The notes under the pieces were generated by a model. The model was not told the DNA's origin. It made no database searches and was given only the letters and a program-made list of their open reading frames with translations. Positions 51,363 through 63,200 of a stretch of DNA of 64,000 nt are shown one piece after another (the stretch's first letter is position 1; every line of letters starts with the position of its first letter). Where the stretch lies: assembly GCA_035221665.1 (NCBI GenBank), contig CM069141.1, positions 54,684,001-54,748,000 of the forward strand, given 5' to 3'. Source of the stretch: Okamejei kenojei (lineage: Eukaryota). Position numbers and translations under genes: made by a program.

Positions 51363-52466
51363 TCAGGTCTTGAACTGCTTTGCGAAATCCAAGGCTGCTG
51401 CTGGGGTATTAAAGAAATGTTCCACGTTGTTAAAAGTAACTCTTAGAGTGGCTGGGTAATTCAAACCGTATCTCAGGTTTTCTACTCCCCTCATAAGGCT
51501 TTTGGCTTCATTAAACGCTTTCCGTTTTCTAGCGACCTCTGGAGGGTAATCTCGATAGATCCTTTGTCCTTCAAATGTCAGATTCTTGATTCTCGAAGCT
51601 TTCCGCATAATCTCCTCCAGAACACAGTCATATTGTAGCTTTATGATCATTTGTCTTGGGGGGGCATTTATACTGGTCTGACATCTGCTGACTCTATGAG
51701 CACGAGCTAATAAAGGCATTTCTTCCAGAGATAAAACATCTTGGAGTAGTTTAGCAGTGAATTCTCGAAGATCTTCGTTTTTCTCTCGACCTTCAGGAAT
51801 CCCTGCAATCCTCAGATTCTGTCTTCTCTGATATCCTTCTAGCTCAGTACATTTCTCTGTTGTTTTAGTCAGCAAATTCATTAGACGTTCATGTTCTGTA
51901 ATCAGCTTTGCTGTAGACACAGTACTTGCCTCCGCTATCTGTTCAAGGTTCTTCATGCCAGCCACCTGTTGTTCCAGTACATTCTCAATAGGAGTAATCC
52001 TATTTTGAAAGTCTTTTTTAACCTTTTCAAGTTTTTTGTCCATCTTATTTTCCATTTCATTAAACATTTCAATGAATTCCTTCTTCAAATCTTCCGATAC
52101 TTTCTTGACCTTTTTTTCAATTTTTAACATTGTTTCTTGTTGAAATTCTTTCAGTTGATTTTTCATCTGATCCATCTGATTGTTCATTTGATATATTTCT
52201 TCCTTTATTTCTTCCTTTATATCTTTCATTTCTTCCTTTATTTCTAGCTTTAAGCCAGCCATCTGTTGAGAAATGAAAGTTTTCAAATCCTCACCTTCCG
52301 TTTTTGTGCCTGTTTTTTTGGATACATCTTCCAGGGAGCTGGTCCTACTCGAATCCGAGGCTTCAGTCCGGCCTTCTCCCGGTCTCTGCCGGGTTGATCG
52401 AACTTTACCCTTGTCGGTAGGGCTCCGTGTCGTCGACATAGTTAGTCGCGCGGCTGATGACGTCAC
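51363..52466 (-). CDS. L1 ORF1p (coiled coil plus RRM/CTD, Transposase_22-like)
   Basis: 367 aa. Heptad-rich region, then LEGYQRRQNLRIAGIPEG, RAHRV, PRQMIIKL, RDYPPEVARKRKAF and YPATLRV. Confidence 0.88.
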   Translation of the reverse strand: MTSSAARLTMSTTRSPTDKGKVRSTRQRPGEGRTEASDSSRTSSLEDVSKKTGTKTEGEDLKTFISQQMAGLKLEIKEEMKDIKEEIKEEIYQMNNQMDQMKNQLKEFQQETMLKIEKKVKKVSEDLKKEFIEMFNEMENKMDKKLEKVKKDFQNRITPIENVLEQQVAGMKNLEQIAEASTVSTAKLITEHERLMNLLTKTTEKCTELEGYQRRQNLRIAGIPEGREKNEDLREFTAKLLQDVLSLEEMPLLARAHRVSRCQTSINAPPRQMIIKLQYDCVLEEIMRKASRIKNLTFEGQRIYRDYPPEVARKRKAFNEAKSLMRGVENLRYGLNYPATLRVTFNNVEHFFNTPAAALDFAKQFKT

Positions 52467-54173
52467 TCGGCACAGTCGGTACAGAAACGGCAGGCAGTGT
52501 GTAGCAGACAGCCGGTAAGTCTTTTTAAACCCCCGTTTTTTCCGATTTTTTTGCGGAGCTGGCTGGCGCTATCCTCTAGGGCTCCATAGCGCCACCGGAA
52601 GTCTCTTGCTTCAAAGTTTTTTGAGGGGGAGTGAGCAAGTGAAGCTGAGAGAGGGTGATAAACCTGATGAGGCCAGGATTGCTGGGGTTCTGCTGGTGCT
52701 AATGACAGGACCTCATCAACATATAGTAGCTGCATCTCCCTTCCGTCAGATAACAGAATGGACCATATAGGATTGTCCCAATGAATCATGAGACAGAGGG
52801 GAGGATGTCTGCAAATGTGAGGGGGAATGGAGTGGATGATTGGGAGGAGAGACAATGGCATGAATAATTATCAGACATTGTGGGAAGCTAGAAAATGAAT
52901 AGCTGGCGTTCTGGGAGAGATATTTGAATATTTTATCCTCGGTGAAGGTACTGGAAACTTTGTACGGTGCTTGGAGTTGTACTTTTATTTCAAAAGCGAA
53001 GGAACTATAGGCCAGTGAACCTGACCTCAGTGATGCCAGTTAAGCCAAGGCAGGATTGATATGATTGTTGGCAGGATTGTGGAGAGTGTTGTACAACAGG
53101 GAGACCAGGGTACAGGGGTGACACGGGGTGCTAAAGATGATGTTTGGCACCCTTGCCATTAATGGTAAGGATAATAGTATATGAATTGGAACAACATGTA
53201 GCAGCTGTACAGTACATTGACGAGATGGGATTTTGAATATTATGTGGTGTTATGGTCGCCCTGTTATAGGAATGATATAACTAAACTGCAATACATGCAG
53301 AAAAATAATCACAAGGGTCTTATTAGAATGTTGAGGGCTTGAGTTACTGTATAAGGAGAGGCCATATGGGCTGGAGATAGAAACCAGACTGTTCAGGGTT
53401 AATGTAACAGGTATTAAGTCACACAAGGCCAGTCAGGGAAGAACAATGAATGACCTGGCGGGGGGTGAGGGGTGGTGCTGTGAGGGGAGGGGGTCGAACA
53501 AAAGAGGGGACCTGGCGTGGATACTTTGTAACTTTGTCAGCACCGTATGAGGTGACTGTCTGCATACCTTGGGTATTCAAGCAAAGAATTTCACTGTGAC
53601 TTGTCACATGTGACAATAAAGTATTCAGTTCAATTTAAATTCAAATGTGGTACTTTCTGCCTCATATAATTATCGCTGTGAAGGGTCAATTAAAAACTTC
53701 AAAACAGATCAATCTATGATGATGATGATAATACTGGTCACTGTACTGCCATTAATTTCAGATCAGCCTTTTATCTATTTGAACAGGTTTGAAGAACAGA
53801 ATAGGCTGCTTCTGTTCTTATATTCCTTTGCCATTCATGGTACAGATTAATTGTTCATTAATTTATTGATCCTTAATAACTGAGTGGGTCATCTTGATTC
53901 AGAATTTATATATTCTTGCTAGGCTTAGATATTCCATGAGACGAGGCTTACTTGTTTAAATGTAATCCAGAATCAATAGGTATCAACCCAGTTCTATAAC
54001 CATCCATTCTATAGAAAAAACTGTGCTTGTTTCTTCCAACTTTTTTCTCCATATCGAAACTGGGAAATTTCTCCACCAATGCTGCCTGGCCTGCTGAGTA
54101 TTTCCACCATATTCTGTTTTTATTATGTCACATTCCCAGCATCTGCAGGTTTGCTTTTCCAAATTAGGATGTT

Positions 54174-54233
54174 CTACTGAATTACTGTGCCATATATTAC
54201 TGATGTTTCCTCTCCACCTGAAGCCCATTGACC
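54174..54233 (-). CDS. Gene B terminal coding exon (ITIM VIYGTV)
   Basis: tttgtacag|GGTCAA encodes GQWASGGEETSVIYGTVIQ*, with TAG at 54176-54174. Confidence 0.8.
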   Translation of the reverse strand, partial: GQWASGGEETSVIYGTVIQ

Positions 54234-57200
54234 CTGTACAAAGTTGAAAATGAGGTGTTAGATTTTGCAGTAAATTCTCTTTCCTTAATCTGAAACATTA
54301 TTGAGATCTTTTATCATTTTACTTACTGCATCTGAAGGTTGCTGGTTGGACTGTTCACTTTGGTTATTACCTTTGAAGTAATTAGAGATTAGGGTTAGTA
54401 CAGTTAATTAAAAAGTAGGCATGTTGCTTGTACAATATAACTTTCAAATTACCTGGTCTCTTTTGAAAACTGACCGCAGCATAATAAATTTCTTCTTCAC
54501 TGTATAGTTCTGAGTTCGGGACTGTCTGACTATCTCCTGGTTCCTTTTGATCTTCATGGACTGTGAAGGTGAATTAAATCAGTTTGATACATGAATACGT
54601 ATTTGAGAAATCCATCATGCTTTTCTCTCAGCTGCTACTTCACTTAATGAGTGTTAGGAAGTAAGACTTTCTGATATATGTTTTGCCCAAGTAGTTATCT
54701 TGTGAGAGATTTATCTCACTTAGGCACAGGAGAAAGAAATGAGCAGGAAATTTAGCCAAGAGTGTGCTATTAATTTAGCAGATGAGCCGCAAAAGTCTTG
54801 GTGAGTGGATAAGTACAGCTGCTAACCCATCACTCCCAGTGAATAACACTTATTAGAAAAAAAAGACACAAAATGCTGGAGTAACTTAGCGGGTTAGGTA
54901 GAATCCTCTGCAGAACATGGAAGGTGGCATTTCTGGATGGTCCTGACCCAAAACATCATCTACCCATGTTCTCCAGAGGTGCTGCCTGACCCACTGAGTT
55001 TGTGCCATGTGTGCCACTATGTGCCTTTTTTGTAAGCCAGCATGTGCAGCTCCATGTCTCTAATACTTATTGGAAGATGCTTTACACACTAGTCCAAAAG
55101 CAAAATACTGCTGACACTGGAAATCTGAAATAAAACTGAAAATACTAGAATTGTTGATTGGGATGGGCATCATCTGCTGTGGTTGCCGATGTTTCAGATT
55201 GATGCCTTTCGTCAGAAGGGATGGGTAAGCAGGATGGTGCAAATTGGGATGCAACGTTTTAGCTGATTTGTTGCATTACTTTAGAGAATGAGACAATTTA
55301 GGAAGAACACTGGAACAAAAGCATGAATACACATTTTGACAACCAGCTAGATTGAGGCAAAGGTGAAGACGGGCAACCTTACAGGGGTGAGAATATGTAA
55401 AAGAAAGGTGATTGTTCAGCTTTGGAAGCAACGCGTACACATAAACATGAATGAAAAAAGGAACTGGAGATGCTGTTTTCCCCAAAAAAAGTGCTGAAGT
55501 GACTCGGGAGGTTAGGCACATCACTGGACGACATGGACAGGTCATGTTTTGAGTCAGTACCCTTCTGCAGACTAATTGTAGAAGGGGAGAGAAAGCTGGG
55601 AAAGGGGTGGGAGTGGGACATCTGGCAAGTGAGAGGTGGATACAGGCGAAGGGGGGTTAGTTGGTAGATGGGTTTGCAAAGGCCATAGATGAAAAGAAGA
55701 CAAAAGGGTGAAGGAAAGCGAAATATGAAGCCAGAGGAAGAGATATAGGTGGAAGATGACGGGGAAGGGGGAAGTGAGATAGTGGTAGAAATTGATGTGC
55801 ACAGGGAAGAGTGGGAAGAAAAACACAGAGGGAGTGGTAGTTTGGTACCAACCTGTTGTTCATTTTGGCAGGAAATTAATAACAAAAGGTGGCAAGTTAT
55901 CTATGCGGTGAGGGATTGCAAAGGTGCAAAGGGATGTAAGTGTCCTTGTAGATAATTTGTAATGGTTAATATGCATGTATATTATGCAATTAAGAAAGTT
56001 AATGTTATTATTAGGATCTGAAGCAGGATCCTCAACTGAAACATTGCTTATCCATTAACTCCACAGCTGTTGCCTGACCAACTGAGTTATTCCAGTATTT
56101 TGTGTTTTGCTGAAAATTCCTTGGAACTGTGTTGTTATTTATTGTGAGGGGAATTGAATACAAATATAGGGAGACTTTGGTTATATCAGACATAGTTCAT
56201 GCCACATCTAGAGTAACATGTATGGTATTGGTCTCATTAGTGATAGAAGAATGTTATCACATGCAAAACAGATCCGAGAAGTTTGCCACATTAATAACTT
56301 GAATAGGCAGGTTGTCTTATAAATAAAGATCAGGCAGGCTCGGCTTATATCTGTACGAGAATAAAAGATTAAAAGGGGCATAACTGAAACATGTTAGACT
56401 CGGTGAGGACTTGAATGATGGATGTGAAAAGCATGATTCATCTTGACAGTTGTCACCCATTAAAATTAAGGTGTTGAAGAGGTTCATGTGTTGTATAAAC
56501 ACTCAGTTTAATACATAAACAATACAGCTCAATAATTAGTATAAAAAGGCAAGGTGTGTTAACACGTGGACTGTGAAGGCTAGCTCTGTCATCTGCTGCA
56601 CCCCGTCAGCTGACCATGGAGGTTGGCGTTGATTGATCGGCCCAGATCATGCCAGTTCACGTGGGATTTTGAGCTCAACGAACAAAGGTTCGAGACCAAA
56701 GTAACTCGGCCACATGATGGCACCACAGTGTCACCCATTTAACACAGAGTAAAGATGGAGATTTTTTTCAATTGAGGCTGCTGAGTCTTTAAATGTTCTT
56801 CCTCAAAGATTAGTGATAGAGGAGGAAACTGCAATCAGACCGGACACATATTTATGAAGTGCTGAGTGGCTAGTTCCTTTTCCAATTTCTTACGTATCTA
56901 TAACTTCTGTCATAGAAGTCCACAAAATTTACAGACGAAAATATGTTTTTTGTGAGACTAAATCTAAAGAGTTGGAAACTGTAAATGTACTAAATTGTGA
57001 AAGCTAACGGCTAATGATTTCCACACAAAATGCCTAATGAAATATACATTTATTAATATTTACTTCCATTTTTCAAGGCTTAACATATGATAGTAGTTAT
57101 GGATGTGAATGAGTGATAAATTTGATGAAGTTTATCGATAAAATGACAGAAAGTAATCAGTCCAATACAATTATATTGCCTTTAAAATGTGCTTGATAAA

Positions 57201-60200
57201 GTGCCACTTGATAACCCAAGAGATAAATGTGGAAGTAATACTGAGTATATGAAATTAAGATTTTCTTTTGAGTTTTTTCCTTCTCCTTCTCTCCCAGTTA
57301 CAGAATAGTGAGATGCAAAAACAGGATGTAAATTATGAAATGAAGCATCTCTACAAATTGCAGACACTCTACTGGTGCATTACAACATCAGGGGCAGAAG
57401 CTTAATATTAGAGCTGAATTCTCATGAGGGGTATTCAATGCAAATATATCGAGACTATGCATCAGTCATATTGGGCATAAGTTATGCCACATCTGGAGTA
57501 ACATGTACAGTACTGGTCTCATTAGTTATCGAAAAATATTACTATGAGAGAAACGGTTCTGAGAAGTTTTCCAACAATAGCTGGATTAGGCAAGTTGTTT
57601 TATCAATAAAGGTCAGACAGGCTTGGATTACATCAGCAGGAGAAAAAATTATTAAAAGGGGGCATAACTGAAACATGTAAGACCCAGTGAGGCCTTGAAT
57701 GATGGATCTGGAGAACATGGTTCACCTTGCGCAGTAATCTAGAACAGTACTGATTGTGAATGATCAGCCATGACCTCAATGAATGGCGGTGCTGGCTTGA
57801 AGGGCCAAATGGCCTACTCCTGTACCTATTGTCTATTGTTTTAAAAAATAAGGCATCACCTATTTAAGACAGAGTAAGGGTGGAGATTTTTGTTTTCTTT
57901 TGAGGGTCCAATGTATTTGGATGTTCTTCTTCCGCGATTGGTGAAAGAGGAGGAGACTGCAATTAGACCAGACACAATTTTATGAAACCATTGAGCTGTC
58001 TTGAAGTGCTGTGTGGCCAATTCCTGTTCCAATTTCTTGTGTATCTAGATTCATAGATATCCACATAGTTAGACAAAGGAGATGTTGTTTTGTGAGACTA
58101 AAGTTAAAGAGTTGGAAGCTGTAAATGCACCAAGTTGTGAAATCTATGACAAATGATTTCCACACAAAATGACTAATGGTATAATGATATTTACTTTCAT
58201 TTTCAAAGGCTTAATAGACTGTATGATAACACTTCATTCTTCAGAGAACGGGGATTCCCCTTCCCCACTATAGATGAGGCTCGCACCAGGGTCTCCTCCA
58301 TACCCCGCAACACTGCCCTCTCTCCCAATTCCCCCACTCGCAAACAGGGCAGAGTCCCCCTGGGCCTCACCTTTCACCCCACCAGCCGGCAAATACAACA
58401 CATAGTCATCCGCCAGTTTCGCCACCTCCAACTTGACCCCTCCACTCGCCACATCTTCCCATCTCCCCCCCTGTCTGCCTTCCGCAAAGACCGCTCCCTC
58501 CGCAACTCCCTTGTCAATTCTTCCTTTCCCTCCCACTCTACCCCTTCCCCGGGCACTTTGCCTTGCAACTGCAAGAAATGCTACACTTGTCCCTTCACCT
58601 TCCCCCTCCACTCCTTTCAGGGACCCAAGCAGTCCTTCCAGGTCCAACAGAGGTTCACCTGCACCTCCTCCAACCTCATCTACTGCATCCGCTGCTCCAG
58701 ATGCCAGATGATCTATATCGGTGAGACCAAGCGGAGGCTTGGCGATCGTTTCGCCAAACATCTCCACTCGGTCCGCAATAACCAAGCCGACCTCCCGGTG
58801 GCTCAGCACTTCAACTCCCCCTCCCGTATTCCGTATCCGACCTCTCGGTCCTGGGCCGCCTCCACGGCCAGAGTGAGCAACACCGCAAGTTGGAGGAACA
58901 GCACCTCATATTCCGCTTGGGGAGTCTGCATCCTCTGGGCTTGAACATTGAATTTTCTCAATTCTGTTAACCCTTGCTGCGTCCCCCCCCCTCCCTTTCC
59001 ACCTCTCCCTCAGCCCTTGACCCTGACATTCCCTCTCTCTCCATCTCCCTCCCCCACCCTGGTCGCACTAGCTTCTCATTTTCACACCACAAACAGCTTA
59101 CAATGGCTTGTTCCCTTTATCATCGATGCTTTTTTGCATATCTTTCATTCATTGTTCTTTATCTCTCCACATCACCGTCTATATCTCTCGTTTCCCTGAT
59201 CCCTGACCAGTCTGAAGAAGGGTCTCGACCCGAAACGTCGCCTATCTCCTTCGCTCCTTAGATGCTGCTGCACCCGCTGAGTTTCTCCAGCATTTTGTGT
59301 ACCCTGTATGATAACACTGATGTGTTACTGATTACTGATGTGCCCGAGTAATAAATGTGATTGTTCGTTGATAAAATAACAGATAAATTTAATCAGTGCA
59401 AAACATCTATATTTCCCTACAAATGCGCCTTAAAGTGCCACTTGGTAACACAAAAGATAAAGCCAGAAGTAAGGGGGTACACAAAAGGCCGGTGTAAGTG
59501 TGAATTGTCCCTAGTGTGTAGGATAGTATTAATATGCGAGGATCACTGGTTGGTGCGGACTTGATGGGCCGAAGGGCCTGTTTCCGCGCTGTATCTCTAA
59601 ACCCTAAATTTAAAAAACTAAACTGGACTGAAATTTTTTTAACGTAATCCAAAATCAATTCATATAAATCTCTGCATATCCAGCAGGTTCTGCAATTGTT
59701 CATTCTATAGCAAAAGATGTATTTTCTTTTTTTTCCATTCGAAGTATATGGTTGTAATTTACTAAATCTGAAGGCTGCAGGGTGGGTCTCTCATCATGGA
59801 TAGAATAAAATGATAGGAAAAAGAAGCAGCAGGAGGACATTCAACGCTACAGACCTGTTATCATTGAACCCTATCATAGAAACATAGAAACATAGAAATT
59901 AGGTGCAGGAGTAGGCCATTCAGCCCTTCGAGCCTGCACCGCTATTCAATATGATCATGGCTGATCATCCAACTCAGTATCCCGTACCTGCCTTCTCTCC
60001 ATACCCTCTGATCCCCTTAGCCACAAGGGCCACATCCAACTCACTCTTAAATATAGCCAATGAACTGGCCTCAACTACCCTCTGTGGCAGAGAGTTCCAG
60101 AGACTCACCACTCTCTGTGTGAAAAAAGTCTTTCTCATCTCGGTCTTAAAGGATTTCCCCCTTATCCTTAAGCTGTGACCCCTTGTCCTGGACTTCCCCA

Positions 60201-63200
60201 ACATCGGGAACAATCTTCCTGCATCTAGCCTGTCCAACCCCTTAAGAATTTTGTAAGTTTCTATAAGATCCCCTCTCAATCTCCTAAATTCCAGAGAGTA
60301 TAAACCGAGTCTATCCAGTCTTTCTTCATAAGACAGTCCTGACATCCCAGGAATCAGTCTGGTGAACCTTCTCTGCACTCCCTCTATGGCAATAATGTCC
60401 TTCCTCAGATTTGGAGACCAAAACTGCACGCAATACTCCAGGTGTGGTCTCACCAAGACCCTGTACAACTGAAGTAGAACCTCCCTGCTCCTGTACTCAA
60501 ATCCTTTTGCTATGAAAGCTAACATACCATTCGCTTTTTTCATTGCCTGCTGCACCTGCATGCCTACTTTCAATGACTGGTGTACCATGACACCCAGGTC
60601 TCGCTGCATCTCCCCTTTTCCTAATCGGCCACCATTTAAATAATAGTCTGCTTTCCTGTTTTTGCCACCAAAGTGGATAACCTCACATTTATCCACATTA
60701 TACTGCATCTGCCAAACATTTGCCCACTCACCCAGCCTATCCAAGTCACCTTGCAGTCTCCTAGCATCCTCCTCACAGCTAACACTGCCCCCCAGCTTAG
60801 TGTCATCCGCAAACTTGGAGATATTGCCTTCAATTCCCTCATCCAGATCATTAATATATATTGTAAATAGCTGGGGTCCCAGCACTGAGCCCTGCGGTAC
60901 CCCACTAGTCACTGCCTGCCATTGTGAAAAGGACCCGTTTACTCCTACTCTTTGCTTCCTGTTTGCCAGCCAGTTCTCTATCCACATCAATACTGTTATC
61001 AATGTTGATCATCCATTTCACTTCTGTGTTTCCACCTTTACCCTTGATTCCTTATCAAGCAATTTAAGCAATTTATTAAAATTAAGTATTAGGATTAATA
61101 CTTATGAAGGAAACTGTTCAAAACATTGATTGTGCAACAGAACTTGCAATTACCTGGTCTCTTTTGGAATCTGACAGCAGCATAATGAATTTCTTCACTG
61201 CACCGTTCAGTGTTTGGGTTTGTCTGACTACTTTCTGGTTCCCTTTGATCTTCATTGACTGTGAAATGAATTGAATTAGTTTAATTGTTGAAAACGTGTT
61301 TGAGAAATTCAGCATTTTTTTCTCTCTGCAACTGTTTCACGTTGCCAGCTTAAGCATTTATCCTGTAATAAATACGGGATAAATATTTTTAACTTACATG
61401 GACACTGGAAAAGGGATGAGGAGGAAATTAACATGAGGTTTTATGCTGAGCTGATGCAACTTCATTACAAGACCAATAGTACCTTGGTGAATGGATAAAG
61501 CTAGATACTAACCCTCCACTCCTGGCAACTAATGCTCTGGTACCCATGCTCTGCTGGATAAACCAAATGCAAAATATTCTAGATGCTGACAAAACAAAAC
61601 AGACAATATTATAATTATGTACCAGTGAGAACTGTGGGAAGAGAAACTGAGTCAAATTTCAGATTGATAACTTTTCATTAGAAACTATTCTTAAAATTGA
61701 TCCTAAAAAAAAAAGTCAACTAGTTGTCTTTCCACTGATGCTGACTGGCATGATGAGCAATTCCAGCCTTTTCTGTTTTATCTCTGCAGAGTAAAATCAT
61801 GTTTGATTCACGCCGATAGGAGCCCTAATAGTCTCACAGAATCAGAGAACATTTACAAGGCAAGAGACAGTTGACTCATTATGTCTGTGCAGGTGAAAAA
61901 TTAACTGACCAACCTCTAATGTCACCAATGACTTTTAATGATAGGCCCACAGCTCTTCAGGCCAGGCCTCTTCAATAATTGTGAAGAAAGTTCCTACCTT
62001 AGCCCTCATCTCAGATATGACTTTCAAAGCTGCCACTATCTACATGAAAATTAATTCCCTCATTTCCTCTCAAAACCTCCTATTACTCTGCCCTTTTTGA
62101 TGATGTTTTGATTCATCAGCTAAGAGAAATAGATCTATTCTACTTACTCTATGTAAATCCCCCAAAACCCATTTACAACTCAATTAAATTCGATCTTAGC
62201 CTTCTCTGTTACTAAGAAAACAACTGCAGCTTTCCCGAGCTTACCTCCTAGTTGCAATTTTTATAGTTGGTCGTAAATCTCTTAAGTACCACCTCCAGTG
62301 CAACTACATCTATCCCGTAATGTAGTGATCAGAACTCTGATCGGTATTCAACTGTATCCAATCGGTGTATTTTTTTCTGTGTGCATTTTTTTTTTCAGGA
62401 TATGGATATATATTGCAAGCATTTATTGCCCCCCTCTCAAATTGTCCACGAGAAGATGGTGGGAAGCTCTCCTTTTCATCTGCACACTGACTTTTAGCAC
62501 ACTGTTCCCTGCACATTATTTGCACCTCAACCTCTCATTTCGGGCCATTGAGTTTCCCAATGCAGTTGTTTAAAACTTTAAAATGAGCCTTAAGTTTTGT
62601 GCATATGTTTTAGTTTAGTTTAGTTTAGAGATACATATGGAAACAGGCCCACTGAGTCCACACTGACCATTGATCACATGTTCATACGTTCTACGTTATT
62701 CCACTCCCCATACATTAAGGGCTTAAGACCAATTAGACTACACATCCACACATTTTTTGGAATGTGGGGCAGAGATGCCAACCCTAAATTTAGTTCACAG
62801 TAACATTCAACCCATTTGTCCGTAACAAATGGGGTTAAATGCATTTCTCTCCGTAACATACTCACTTGGGGTTGTTGCCGACGGCTATGCGCCTGCGCAC
62901 TGGTGCAGATCAGTGGGCTGCCGGCGGGCGGGTGCGGCACATGCGCACTTGGCAAGGTTGCCGGCGGGTCTGCGCCTGCGCACTGGGTGGGGGTGGGGGG
63001 GAGGCCCGGTGATGGGGCTGCCGCGAGCGGCCGGCTGGCGGCAAGAAAGTGCCGCTGATCGCGCGGGCCGGCGCCGCCCGGGCTCTGGGCCGGGCGTGGC
63101 GTGGCTCGAAATGGCACCAGGCCCGGCAACCCTCCCCCGCTGCGCACGCGCGGCCACTGGGGCCCGGCAACCCTCCCCCACTGCGCACGCGCGCCCACTA

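Larger units (their letters stand above)
45990..52605 (-). mobile_element. Full-length L1-clade LINE (about 6.6 kb) with poly(A) tail and TSD
   Basis: Poly(T) on + at about 45990-46010. TSD ttgcttcaaag(ttttt) at 45979 and 52606. 5' end GAGACTTCCGG. ORF1 at 51363-52466; ORF2 pieces at 50440-46632. Confidence 0.95.
56150..59470 (+). repeat. Old tandem duplication of about 1.3 kb in a gene B intron (decayed CR1 plus unique sequence)
   Basis: About 56190-57245 matches about 57480-58233 plus 59319-59470 (e.g. ttttgtgagactaaa..taaagagttggaa.ctgtaaatg, atgatttccacacaaaatg, aaagtgccacttg). Confidence 0.75.

Noticed and set aside
53983-54228. ORF 53983-54228 as a gene
   Set aside because: It is an alternative frame of gene B's last exon running into a repeat remnant. 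The ITIM frame is supported by micro-exon phase and by paralogy with gene A.
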